Shown here one piece after another: positions 1 to 13,186 of a stretch of 64,000 nt of DNA. A program made the translations under genes and the position numbers. The notes under the pieces were generated by a model that saw nothing but the letters and a program-made list of their open reading frames with translations, did not search any database and was not told where the DNA came from. Location: the NCBI GenBank assembly GCA_964247055.1, contig OZ176055.1, positions 2,418,001-2,482,000 on the forward strand, read 5' to 3'. How positions within the stretch are numbered: the stretch's first letter is position 1; every line of letters starts with the position of its first letter. This DNA is from Paragordius varius. Taxonomy: Eukaryota > Animalia > Nematomorpha.

Positions 1-1015
1 ATGATATTTTGAACGCTCTGAAGACATATTTAATTAATATAATTTATGATATTTTCCATCCATAGTATGTGGGTGTTATTATTAATATATTTATTGATAT
101 TTTTTGCATTCAGAAAATTGCCTATTCTGTAATGAGAAAAAATTGGCAAAAACATGGTTTCGTGTGCGCGGATAGGATAAAATATTTTGATTACAATCCC
201 AAATTTACTGAAGAATATGGCACTTTTATTGGATCCTACTTCCTAAAAAATACAACGTATTATGTTTTATAAATCCCTCCTAAACTTATATTAAAGTAAC
301 TGTAATTTGGTAGGAACTGTTAAAATATAAACCATCATCCGCCTAAAAAATATAATTTTGATCATTATACACATTATCAACAGCATTATAAAATCGAAAC
401 AATTGGTCAATTTTGCTTTTATCTGGTTATATGTGAGTCGGCTTTCACTGACTGCACAAGACTGTAAATTAAACAACTCCCTGCCTTTATTAATGGTTAG
501 ATGAATTATTTTTTTGAGAGAATGAAGTCATAACCGACATGTTAATTATGTGTTAAATCTGATTGAAAGGCATTTATACTTAAATCTTTTGCAAATACAT
601 TTAATAATTTTGGAACCATTATTCAAATAGAAAAAAGTAATGGAGATTGATGAACAATATAAATTAACAAATAGAATTTATTTTAAAAACGGGAAATTGT
701 TTAGTTGAATTCATTGTGACGGAGGGGTGAGGTCCCCTTTACATATATGTAGTAAAAATTGAAATTATAAGGCTGCGGCATAGCTTGCGTTTCAGACTCC
801 CCTCCCCTCCATGCAACCCCTTGCATTTTAAAAAATAATTCAAAATTTAAACCGTGGACATGACCTCTCATAAAAGGGTGATTTTTTATGTATTATCTAA
901 AATAATAACTTTTAAATACCTATTTTTTTTAAAAAAATAAATAATTCTAAAATCCGGTGCCTCTTTAACTATGGCCCCCGTTGTATGAATCCCCCTTTCC
1001 TCCCCCTAGCCATTA

Positions 1016-1229
1016 TACGGACAAAAAGTGAGAATAAATACAAATATGTTAAATTTTAAAATATAACTAATTGTCTCTAAAAAGTACAAAATAGAGATGA
1101 AAATTGGTAACAAAAATAATTATATATTTACGATTGTAATTAAAGGATTATTTATAAATTAAGGTTTAAAAAAGTATGGTTGACTTATGATAAAAAAATT
1201 TGTCTTTACATTTTTACGTTGTGTCCGTA
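1016..1229. mobile_element. TA-flanked MITE, TIR TACGGACAAAA...TGTCCGTA (Tc1/mariner-type non-autonomous element)
   Basis: Inverted termini tatacggacaaaa (1014) and tgtccgtata (1231). The internal sequence recurs at about 1497-1720, 24187-24432 and 34120-34348. Confidence 0.6.
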
Positions 1230-1253
1230 TAATTACAATTTTTTTATGGTTAG

Positions 1254-2219
1254 AATGTTAAAAGATTTTTTGATCCTGTATCTAACGAATTGGCGCCATA
1301 TGTGGCTCCATCTTGGATGGATCATCAATCACCATTAAATGATGATCAAAAATATTTCAATTCAAAAAACCTGAGGGTAAGTCGCGTTAATATGCTCCTT
1401 TCCGAACAAAAGGAATTAGATACATATTTAATATTTAATTCAATCCATTCAAATTTCGACAAGGTATCATCAATAATAAACTGACCATAACAGTAAAGGA
1501 CAAAACGTAAAAGCAAAAAGACAAATATTTATTCTAAAAACAATTATAATTTTAACTTATTGATTTTAATATATATTATTTGGATTCAAAGAATAGCGAT
1601 GTAAATAGTTAATACACTAAATTGTATAATTTGAAATTGATAATTTAGTAGTTTATGCAGATAAAAAAATCAAGGTTTAAAAAATATGGTTGTTATAAAA
1701 TGACTTTTTTTAAATTTTATGTTTTGTCATGTATTTTTAATTTTTACAGTAAATTGATGGATTTTATATTAAATTTTTGTTTTACTTAGCTCACAAGTCT
1801 AACCAAGGAATTTATTGATGCCAATCAACTGGAAAAACTATATCACAAACTAAAAACATCGGTATAATAATATCTGTTTCTAAAATAAATATTTATCATA
1901 CTTTTTAGCTTAGGGAAACTTTGTCAAATATGTTTGTTCCATCACACCAAGCTAAATTGGTAATATTTTATATTAATCTATTATGTTTACAGACACATAC
2001 AGTGTGCTGTACCTCTCCAACGTGACCCCTTGATAATGAATTTTTTAAAATAAATAGCACCCCTATTTTTAAAAAAACACCTGTGTATAATGTATGGGAT
2101 GGGGTTCTACCTATAAATGATAGTTTTGATAAAATTAGAATTTTAGCGCATTAAGTTACAACAGCATTTGTATCATGGAAGACATAATAACTTTTATGAA
2201 ATATTTGCGTGCTTTATAG
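1254..2219 (+). CDS. Unassigned multi-exon gene fragment (hypothetical protein)
   Basis: Frame-consistent GT-AG exons 1254-1376 (or to 1463), 1790-1861, 1909-1959, 1993-2021, 2058-about 2091, about 2147-2219, reading NVKRFFDPVSNELAPYVAPSW...LTSLTKEFIDANQLEKLYHKLKTS-LRETLSNMFVPSHQAKL-THTVCCTSP. No family recognised; both ends unresolved. Confidence 0.4.
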
Positions 2220-3525
2220 GTTTATTTTTGGAATAAAAGATATTTATAATCAAATAAAGCATATTTTTCCGTTTTATTTACGAATTTTTTATTGTAAAAG
2301 CAGTAAAATATATTCAATATTGTCATATTATACCATCTGCATTTATTGATTGGTTTTGATCGATTAAAAGGGAAAATGGTCCTTTAATAGTTACCAAATA
2401 ATAGAATGATGATTATGTTATATTTTATAAAACTGTGGTTAATTCACTAATTTATATAGCGCAAATGTATAAACACACAGAATTCATTTTTTAGATTTGT
2501 TATTAAATGCCGTCGCATTCGATAATAATAAACAGGTACTTATTTTCTTTCTCTAGGAAAAAATATGCTAGAAAAAGATACTAATTTACTTTTGGGGAGT
2601 TTCATATGTCATTGCGATTAAAAATTTAAAAAATTATATGGCTAAGTTTAAAATATGCTTTCTTAAGCTTTTTAAGCGCATGCTTCAAATATTTTTTAAC
2701 AAAATGTGAAAATGTAAGAAAACATCATTTCAAATCAAACTTTTTCACCGCCTTTTTTTTAAATTTTTTAAATAGCTAATACAACAGGCTAGTAGAATGC
2801 AAATAATAAACTTTAAAAAGCTTTCAGAATATTTACCAGTAAACAATTCTTTGTGATTTTAAAATCAGCTGTTTATTTTCATGTTTTGGAGCTGCCATAA
2901 TTTTAGACTATAGAAGTTAAAAATCTAAAAATTTTAGCTTTCAACGGGAAAAAATGTTTGTTAATAAAATTTAACTAAGACAACTATTACACAGTAGTCA
3001 AGATAAAGCGCTGGGATGCAAAATTACCCAATGTCGTCATGTGCAAAAAAACAAAAATGTTATGAAGTTTCTGTTAGCCATTAAATATTAATTTTGAAAG
3101 TCATTAATTCTTAAGAAAATTTTAACTACCTAAAAAAGATTAAACGACAATTAATATTTTTAATGGTTTATGAGAATAAATATTGCTCTACACATTAATA
3201 ATGATCACCAAAGGTAAAAAGTAACAAAAGTATAAATCGTAAAACATGAAAGATTTATTTGGTTTGTTATACTCTTTATATACTATTTTCATGTGAACAT
3301 AATTTGCATGATATTCTTGGCAAATCAAAATGTAATTAAATAAATAATGGTAAATTTAATTAAAATAATTTTAATATATTTGGCAATTAAGGGACTTTAC
3401 GATTCGACGATATACACATCAAATCTTAAAAATTTAAATATATATAATTGAATAGAAAAGTAGTACAGGAATTCAAAATGCAAATTTTATAGATATATTT
3501 TGTATGTATGATAGAGTTTTTTGTG

Positions 3526-4660
3526 AGATTTGCATTGTCTTATTTTTATATTTTTGTAATATGTAAATAACATATCCATTAGTTTTTATGTTATCATGCA
3601 AATTATGTTCAATTGAAATTACTATATAAAGAATAAACAAACCAAATAAATATTTTTCAGGTTTTGCGATTTATATTTTTGCTTTTTACATTTGGTGGCA
3701 ATCGAATCCGAAATCTAACAACTAATCTAGTATAAAAGTGAAGGTCCCACCGAGCCTCAAACTCGGATGGTGGATCTAGAGTCCAATCTGGAACAACCAT
3801 GACATTGTCAATTGCCAATCTCACCAACATGTCCATCAGAAAATTTAATTTTAATACCAATTATAACAATGGAAATAATTTTAATCGGTTACAACAATCA
3901 AAACCTCGGAAACATTTGCGCAAGGGATATGGGAGTATTCATGGGCCAAGCAAATGTCCCGCCTGGAACCGCAATCGTAAATGCGAAAAACCAGCTTTGC
4001 TAAAATGTGTAGATCAAAAAACACTGCTAGAGTATTTTCAACCGCCAGATTCATAAAAAAGCAATTCCAGCCGTCAACGCACTGAAGGCGAACGGGCTGA
4101 ATATATGTAGCGACTCTAGAATCACACAAATAACTGAGGAGGACTTCCACATCATTCAACATTCGATGGTTGGGTAAGTATGAGTAACGCGGACAAGCTT
4201 TCAATAAGATTGATCTGTAAGACGCCTACCTCCCCAGTCCGATGGTTAAAGAATCGCAACACCCTCTGCAATTTCAACGCAAAGAGGATGTTTCCGTTAC
4301 AAAAAGATACCGTTCAGATTCCCCACATCGCCGATAATATTTCAGTGAGACCGGACCACTTAAACAAGTAATGGTCCAACATGGTGTGAGGCAAAGATCA
4401 AATGAAACTCGTCGACACACACAACACGATGTTATCTTTCAAACAATGATGTTACTTATGCAAATATTCGTCGATACACCCAACATAGATTTGCATTGTC
4501 TTATTTTTGTATTATGTCAATAACATATCCATTAATTATTCGAAATATTATTTGTTTTATTTGATGTCAGAATATGTTCTTGAAAATAATATATAAAGAG
4601 TATAACAAACCGAATAAATATCTTTCAAGTTTTACGATTTATACTTTAGTTACTTTTGCA
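3526..4660 (+). mobile_element. Degenerate, heavily deleted Ty3/Gypsy LTR retrotransposon relic
   Basis: Diverged direct repeats 3526-3690 and 4487-4660. The first ends in ...TACA followed by a PBS-like TGGTGGCA at 3693. Gag knuckle remnant GSIHGPSKCPAWNRNRKCEK. RT remnants KANGLNICSD, AFNKIDL*DAYL and RGCFRYKKIPFRFPTSPIIFQ lie in different frames. Confidence 0.75.
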
Positions 4661-5552
4661 AACCGGTTTCCTACAGTAGTTTTTAAAAAAATATTTATTT
4701 AAATCTAGTCTGGGGTATTTAGATCAATTTAAATCAAAATGTTAAAAAACTGGTAGAATCATAATTTTTAATTCAGAATTTAAGATGATAAAATATCAGA
4801 ATGCACAAAACTCAATGGCAAATAAAATTGATTGTATATGAATAAAAATATAACCTTACTTTATTAATACGTTATATTGTAATTGTAATTTTTTATTCGG
4901 CTTTTCTATTATTTATTATATAAATTATAACTATAAAAACACAACTTTTATATAATTAATTAATATTAGCCAATAAGCATTTAACTCAATACAAACTCTT
5001 TGAGTAATACTTTCGCTATTTACCACTAGCCTATTGATAGCATATTCCAAATAAAGGTGGTAAATATTTAACTTAAAAAATATATTTGTTAAAAACAAAT
5101 TTAATTAAAGTTTTGCAACAAGAGTAAATTTAAATTTTATAAATATGAGACTTTATTTTAAAATATTATTTAAAACCATTCGCGATGGTAAACTATATTG
5201 ATTAAATCATGATATTTTAGCAAAGAATTATTAATTTAAATTTTATGACGCAACTAAAACAAGACTGTATATCTTATGAGCTATTTAAAAATACTATTTT
5301 TGATTGTTTAAGAGATAATCTCATTAATTATTTTAACAATCATATTATAAAAATTACTATCACAAAAATAAACAAATTTGATAATGATTTTTTGTATTAT
5401 ATTCCACTCTATTTGAGTGTGATCACTGCCTGACTTTAATTATATATCCCTACAAACTTCTAATTGGTGATCTTGATATTGGCAATTCAATCGAACCCAA
5501 ATTTCCAATTAAACACACCATCTTTTAGGAAAAAAATAAAATTCATACTACT

Positions 5553-8500
5553 ATGTGGCGTAACATTAAAAAACGCACAGATTCTGTATTATATCGTTTC
5601 ACAATTTTTTATCAAGGATTAATGTTGGTGTATGATCACGATTGGTAAGGTTTTGCATTTAATTTTTTAGTCTGCCGGACAAAATTTGTTTAAGTTGGCA
5701 AAGGAAAGAACGGAAAATCGCGACTCCGGTAAAATATTTTTTAATACTACTTATGTGAAAGCTATACTTTATTATCTAACATGCAAAATGATTGAAATTA
5801 CATAGACAAAACATATAACTTAAAAACATATTTTTTCATAAAAACAACCATATAAGCTTTCCTACATAAACTATTTAATTCAAATAATTATAAATTAAGT
5901 GTAACATACTCTCCCTATTTTTTATCCCGAATATGGAAAATTTATCAAAGAGTTAAAAAATTATGGTTTTCTTTTACAAAAATAATGTTTTTTTATATTT
6001 TAATTTTAACTGTACAATTATCATTTATATAGTGGAAATATTGTGAGCCTTCTGAGTCTCACACAACCGTTCATTCTTCTTTCCAGGAAAATTTAACTTT
6101 TGACATAAAATTGAAACGTGATAAGAAAAATCCGCAAGTTTTTAAGAAGCACAAATGGTATCTTCGGGTCCACACGGTAAGCACTAAATATCAATACACT
6201 AAAATAAATTATGTAAAACGATATATCTAGTGAAGAAGTTTTTTACTTACTCGTACATTCTTTTAAATTGGAAATGATTTCATTGTAGTAACTAACACGC
6301 TACCCATGCTTAAACATATTTAATAACTAGTTTTAATTAATATGGGTTGTTTTATTCCGGATAATATATTATTAGAGTTTTACACGCCTTTAAGGTTTTT
6401 GCGGGTTTTACACAAATGTTTTGTAATGAAATCTCCCACTTAATGGATATATATTTATATATAGACTAAAATATTTTAAACAAATCTGGTTAATAGAAAA
6501 GGCGTATCCTATGTCACTTGGTGTATTTTGTTTTTGAATATGCCGCCTCGATATGATATACGGATAACTTTATTCATATTTTAATATTTTTTAACTGGAA
6601 TATATAAGGTCAGATGTGAATGATCAATATCGAAGCAAAAATTTCAATGTAAAATCAGATTTTACAGATAAATTAAAATTTTATAATTGACCGAATCAAC
6701 GGAAAATTCAAGATACTGAACGCATCCAAATATAAAAAAATATTAATTTAGGGTTATTATAAAGCACTTTTATAGCCACATGTGACCCCTGGGCCGAGGT
6801 TAGTACGCTGCTCTCTTTAGTTAATGCATGAAATAATTATATCTCAAAATTTAAAAAAAATCCTTTTTAGCCTTTCTTTATAGGCATTTTAGGTATTGTT
6901 ATTACAACCTTTTGAAGTTATAATTTAATATTTTAAATGTAGGAAGCCAAACCAAATTGGCAATTATTCACTAGGAAATCAAAAAATGTGCAACACATCA
7001 CAGCCTTAACTTCAATTAATTTAAATGAGCTTATTGGTAAATGTTCAGAAACGGAAAATAGATATGTTCTCAAACCCGGAAAGAATAATAAACATTTTCG
7101 CAGCGGTTTTATATTTTTAAGAGTTAGGATGGAACAATTACAGGAGGACTCAAGGTAACATCAATTTTTTGTTTAATAGGTTATTTGGATTTATTAAATG
7201 ATATGTCTATACTATCCGTAATACATATATGATGTGTGAAATTGGATAAAATTTGTTTTTATCGCGTTTTATCGAACTCTAAATAGGTTTAAACTACTTG
7301 TGTTTAATTCTTTAGGAAAAGCTTTCAGAATGTGTTTATAAATTTTATTTCATAGCCAATCAGATACAAAAATACCAGCCAATCCTCCGGAAAATCCTTC
7401 TGATAAACCGTCCGAGTCTTTAGGTATTTTTATTTCCATAATGAATAAACAACATTTTTAAATCGAAAGGGAACATAACATTTATTTAATAAAATATTTT
7501 CAAGCTAATAGGATGATGGTCGAGCTTAAATTGATTTAATCATTAAAACAAAAATTTAATTTGATAAAATATTTTCTATATATAAACTTTTATACCTGCT
7601 ATTTTAACATGGAAATGAAGGGAAACACTCAACAAATCCTTTCGATGTCAATTACAAGGAGCCGGATATAGGTATTATTTATTTCTAACATATAATGTTA
7701 AATTAGAATTTATAATAACGATGGGTTATGATTTTATTATAACTTAAATTATTTTTAGTTTTAGTTAATGGAAACAAAATTCTTATAAAATTTTTTTAAT
7801 GTTTTATCTCTTCACAAATTTAATCTTTACCTGTTTGTAGTTACAAATCCCTTCAAACTCTTCTCATTACACCCAGCCCCCTCTTCAAAACTTAATTTAG
7901 AGGATGGCCTTGATCTGATCGGAGATAGCCACCAATCAACGGTTGGAAAAAAGGTATTCTCACTCAAAGAAAATAAAAAGTTTGACCCACAGTTTATTAC
8001 ATTCCCCCCGCAAAACAACCAAACCACCACCAAAACGGCAATCCCAACTACTTCGAGTCAGGATATTCTATTGAATAATGAAACAGAAGATCAAAATGTA
8101 AATAATCAGCAAAAAAAATTTAGTCTAACAGCTCTTTTTCGGAGTTTCAAAAACAAAACAAACAAGAAAAAAACCACCACTTGCCTAACTAAAGCAGTAA
8201 CAATCGAAAACTCGGAACTCTTACCAAGTGGTATGATTAAATTATATAATATAAAAGTTAGTTTTTATTCTAGACTTTTAAATTTAATTATACTCTTTAT
8301 TTATTGACTCAAACAAAAATATAAAATAGTATGATGAAATATTTAACTAAATAATAAAACTAAAATGGTTAAATCCCAACATAACTAGTTATGATTCCAC
8401 AAATAGGAAATTAAAATCAAGGAAGTTTGAATGAGGGATGGAAAAATATGATATTCTACTTTTAGTTTTGCAAGTTAAATAAAAATTTTTCAAAGTTTTG

Positions 8501-10006
8501 TCTCGTGATAAATTTAATTTTTACCGTATTTGTTTGTAGTGACCAACCCCTTTGAACTTCCCTCATTACACCCACCCGCCACTTCAGAACTTAACTTAAA
8601 GGATGACCTTGATCTGATCGGAGATAAGGTATCCTCACTCAAAGAAAATAAAAAGTTTGACCCACAGTTTATTACAATTCCCCCGCAAAACAACAAATCC
8701 ACCCTCCCAATCCCAACTATTTTAGGTCAAGATATATTATTAAATAATGAACAGCAAAAAAAATTTAGTCTAACAGCTCTTTTTCAGAGTTGCATAAACA
8801 AAAACAAGAAAAAAACCGCCACATGCCTAACTAATGCAGTAACAATCGAAAACTCGGAACTCTTACTAAGTGGTATGATTAAACTATATAATATAAAAGT
8901 TAGTTTTTATTGTCGCTTTTAAATTTAATCATACTCTTTATTTACTGACTCAAACAAAAATATTAAATACAATATTTAACTAAATAATATATCTAAAATG
9001 GTCAAATACCAACACAACTAGTTATGATTCCACAAATAAGTAATTAAAATTAAGGAAGTTTGAATGAGGGATTCAAAATATATATGATACTCAAAAAAAT
9101 TACTTTTAGTTTTGTAAGTTAAATAAACTCATAATTTTTGAAAGTTTTGTCTCGTGATAAATATAATCTTTAACATATTTGTTTGTAGTGACCAACCCCT
9201 TTGAATTTCCCTCATTACCCGCCAATTCTCACTCTACACAGGATGGTTTCGATTTAATCGGTAAGGGCCAATCAACTGTCGGAAAAAAGGTTTACTCGCT
9301 CAAAGAAACTATAAAGTTAAATTCACAGTTTCATACATTTTCCCTTAAAAATAACCAAACCACCACTCAAACCGCCATCCCAACTACTTTGGATCAGGGT
9401 ATTCTATTTAATAATCACACAGAAGATCAAAATGTGAAGCATCAGCGAAAAAAGTTCAGTCTACCAGCTTTTTTTCGGAGTTGCAAAAACAAAACAAACA
9501 AGAAAAAAACCACAACTTGCCTAACTAATGCAGGACAAATTGAAAATTCAGAACTCATACCGAGTGGTATGTTTAAACTATATAATAAATTTCATTTTTA
9601 TTTTTGACTTTTAAATTTAGTCATACTCTTTATTTACTCAAACAAAAATAACAAATTTAGTGCTGAAATATTTAAATCAACCAATTAATGGTCATACAAT
9701 TAGTTTTGATTCAAAAAATAGGGATTGAAAAGTAATTTAAATGAAAGATTTATTATAATATTTATACAATCAAATTATCTACTGCGAAAATAGTTGTATT
9801 GTAGGTAATTTTATCATTTATTGATATGCTAAAATTGTAATTTACACCTTTAACAAAAAAAAACATTTTTAATTTTTTAAAATAATGTGGATGATTATAA
9901 TTTTTACACCTATCTAACAGAAAATTTCACAGCAGACGAAATTCTTCCTTTATTAAAAAGCCATCAAGACTCACCAATTCCGCCAACATATCAGGAAAAA
10001 GATTAA
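5553..10006 (+). CDS. EHBP1: EHBP1-like NT-C2 domain protein with four NPF motifs, lacking the CH and bMERB domains (about 603 aa)
   Basis: Exons 5553-5644, 5671-5728, 6033-6176, 6943-7154, 7356-7423, 7621-7671, 7841-8230, 8540-8872, 9189-9566, 9921-10006 give a continuous 1812-nt frame. MWRNIKK...YRFTIFYQGLMLVY..CLPDKICLSWQRK...ENLTFDIKLKRD...FKKHKWYLRV...ALTSINLNEL matches the EHBP1 NT-C2 pattern (FQFVASYQELMV..WQPDKLVVVWTRR...ENIEITVTLFKD...FEDKEWTFVI...LATSSINMKQY). Confidence 0.8.
7745..9760 (+). repeat. Tandem triplication of an exon-plus-intron unit (about 650-700 bp)
   Basis: Three copies each begin tgtttgtag|t(t/g)ac(a/c)aa(t/c)ccctt and end agtg|gtatg. The flanking intron sequence is also homologous. 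Exon lengths are 390, 333 and 378 nt. Confidence 0.92.
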
Positions 10007-11047
10007 TTATAATTATGTGCAATATAAAAAGTTATTTATAAATTATCCAAAAAAATATATATCTTACTATATCTACACAAAAAACTTAATAACAAACTTT
10101 ATTTTGTAATACACACTACTGTAATAGCAATTAACCAACAATAATGTGAATAAGCGAGTTAAAAATGTAGATGTAATTTAAATCTCTAATAATTATGTCG
10201 CATCCTAAATAATAGATATAAGGATTGAAGGTAATTAAAAGGCTTATTTTTATAAGTTTTTAGTCTCGACTAGGGTTGTGATTTTGACAACCATTTTCAG
10301 TAAAGCGCGGGTTAGGCCTAGGTCAAACCTAGGTAATGCCATATGTTAATGCCAATATTAAAATAACTACTTACCTATATACCTGATAAAACAAAAAAAG
10401 ATTTTTGTCATAAAGTTTATTTTTTGAAAGTCTACTTTCACCAATACTGATAAATTTTTACAATTAAAGATCTTTCATGGAATCAACATGACTCATAAAA
10501 AGTTTTAAATCACAGAAAGATAAAACTAACGAGAAAATATGGAAAATATTGAAACCTAGGTCTAATTTTTTACCCATTAATTTAATGGAATCGACTATTA
10601 ATGTTATATTATTATTATTATATATTCCATCAACTTCTATTTTATCTTCATAACATAAATTTAGTAATTCATAGGATATCTGTTTTCTATTTAGAATAGC
10701 ATAATTCGGTTTTATTTATGAATGGAGCCGAAAATGTTTATTTTCAATTATGTTCAGAGTTGAGGATGTAAAAATAAATTTTATAGTTTCTGGCTAAATT
10801 TTTCTTTGAAACCGAAGTTTTTAAGACTGAGCTTAAGAAATTGAATACTTAGCTTGCTTTCGACCATTACCTTCTGTCTTATAATTTGTTTCAAGAACTT
10901 CTTTCAAATGTTTCTTCATTCGGTTTTTATTTTAATATATAGTCTAATTGCATTTCTTGCATTCCACAACGCTGATTTTATCATGTTTAGGAAGTGAAAA
11001 ATGTGTTTCACATGATATTAAAAATTAAATAACACATATTTATATAA

Positions 11048-13186
11048 CACAGTGTGCAACAAATTTACTCAAGATATCATACCTAGCTTAATATAACCCT
11101 TGTGACATATACATCTAAAAAATATAAGGATAAAAAAGGTGTCAATGTAGAAAACTCTTTTTTCACTTTTTCCATATATGGATATATTCGGAAAAAATCA
11201 ATTTATTTGCATAATACTTGATCAAAAATTATAAAACTTAGATATAATATAAATAATATTAAATAAATATTATTTGCAAATTTTGGCTCAATATGAATGG
11301 ATAGATTTAAAATAAACGTCAATTTATTAAATCCAACTAAATTTAGCCCTTTATATTAGTAAAATAAAAACTTGATGAAAATCAATATAATATGCGCCAA
11401 AATTTAAGTTTAACTCTATATTTTAATATAAATATTACTTATATATAATAAAAATTAGATTTTAACTAAGTTAATTTTTGATTTTTTTTATTTTACTTAA
11501 ATAAAATTAAATTTTTTTAATATCAACTGTAATATAATTACGTCTAGCGATTATAAATATAACCATACGTATTTTTTTACCTGGATTTTGAATTGTAAAT
11601 GATATTGACTGTTGTACCCTGATATGATGGTATATTTTATAATAATTATAGATAAATATTGTGGAATTTACCAAGAAAACATTGAAAAACCAATGTAATC
11701 CATTGTGAGTATCATATTATAAAGACAAACCTGCTAATCACACAAGCAAACATCCACCAAAAATTTAAATTTTGACACATTATGTTCATTGTGTAATAAA
11801 TCTAATACAAATATATTTAATTTTCTTAATCTAAAATTGTTTACTTGTTTTTGAACACCTTTTAATAGATTTAAATATAGGAATTCAAAGAAATGGTACT
11901 CAACATAAAATTAAAAGGGCTGCAAAATCTTGTCTCATGAACCGTGCAACATACTATAACTATAAAAACTTGCAGACATTTATATTAATAATAAGTATAA
12001 CATAAAATTTAATTGATAATTCAGGGCCATAAATAAGCTTTTAGAGCCGAAGTTTTGGTAAAACTGATGTACACTTCGTTAACACTTTCTTTTGCCATAA
12101 ACCGTTTTTTAAAAAATAATTCAAGAAAAAACTGGCCGTATTCTCAAGATTTTTTTAAATTTTACTTTAATTTGAAGAATGAACCTAAAATAATTGTGAG
12201 CCTGAATACCGGCATAACTCAACATAATAAAAAATAGCAATCTATGGAGTTTATTTACATTAGAATGGGTAATTTAAGAGAAACCAATTCTTGAACTCAA
12301 CATTAAAACTAAAACTAGAAATCTTTGGAGGAGTTTTATTTTTGGCGACCTTCCCACATTCGTCCAAAAACAAGTAAACAATTTTAAATTAAGAAAATTA
12401 AATATATTTTTATTAGATTTATATACACAATGAACATAATGAATCAAAATTTAATTTTTTGGTGGATGTTTGCTTGTGTGATTAGCAGGTTTGTCTTTAT
12501 AATATGATTCTCACAATGGATTACATTGGTTTTTCAATGTTTTCTTGGTAAATTCCACAATATTTATCTATAATTATTATAAAATATACCATCATATGAG
12601 GGTACAACAGTCAATATCATCTACAATTCAAAAATCCAGGTAAAAAAATACATATGATTATATTTATAATCACTAGATGTGATTATATTACAGTTGATAT
12701 TAAAAAAATTTAATTTTATTTAAGTAAATAAAAAATTTCAAAAATTTTTAACTTATTTAAAATCTAATTTTTATTATATATAAGTAATATTTATATTAAA
12801 AGTTAGAGTTAAACTTAAATTTTGGCGCATATTATATTGATTTTCATCAAGTATTTTTTATGTTACTAATATAAAGGGCTAAATTTAGTTGGATTTAATA
12901 AATTGACGTTTATTTTAAATCTATCCATTCATATTGAGCCAAAATTTGCAAATAATATTTATTTAATATTATTTATATTATATCTAAGTTTTATAATTTT
13001 TGATCAAGTATTATGCAAATAAATTGATTTTTTCCGAATATATCCATATATGGAAAAAGTGAAAAAAAAGTTTTCTACATTGACACATTTTTTTATCCTT
13101 ATATTTTTAGGATGTCTATGCCACAACGGTCATATTAAGGTTAATATGATATGAGAAAAAAAATACCCCTAATTTTGTACACTGTG
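11048..13186. mobile_element. Foldback-type DNA element with about 810-bp inverted arms, CACAGTG...CACTGTG termini and TAA flanks (CMC/Chapaev3-like, non-autonomous)
   Basis: 11048-about 11855 is the reverse complement of about 12362-13186, with a spacer of about 505 bp. TAA lies immediately outside both ends. No ORF. Confidence 0.85.

Noticed and set aside
1-600. Short ORFs 69-272 (+) and 291-476 (-), and a cadherin-like ADDGLYFNSSYQITVTLI peptide on the minus strand
   Set aside because: Stops in all frames and no consistent splice model; the similarity is too short to support a call.
2023-2025. In-frame TGA followed by a continued open frame, suggesting selenocysteine or readthrough
   Set aside because: Explained by a 36-nt GT-AG intron (2022-2057) that removes the stop and keeps the frame.
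6609-6690. Exon-like stretch SDVNDQYRSKNFNVK in an EHBP1-like intron
   Set aside because: Ends in a stop with no donor site, and the NT-C2 alignment is continuous without it.
11856-12361. Possible Chapaev transposase remnant (ARFMRQDF) in the foldback spacer
   Set aside because: A single weak motif surrounded by stops.
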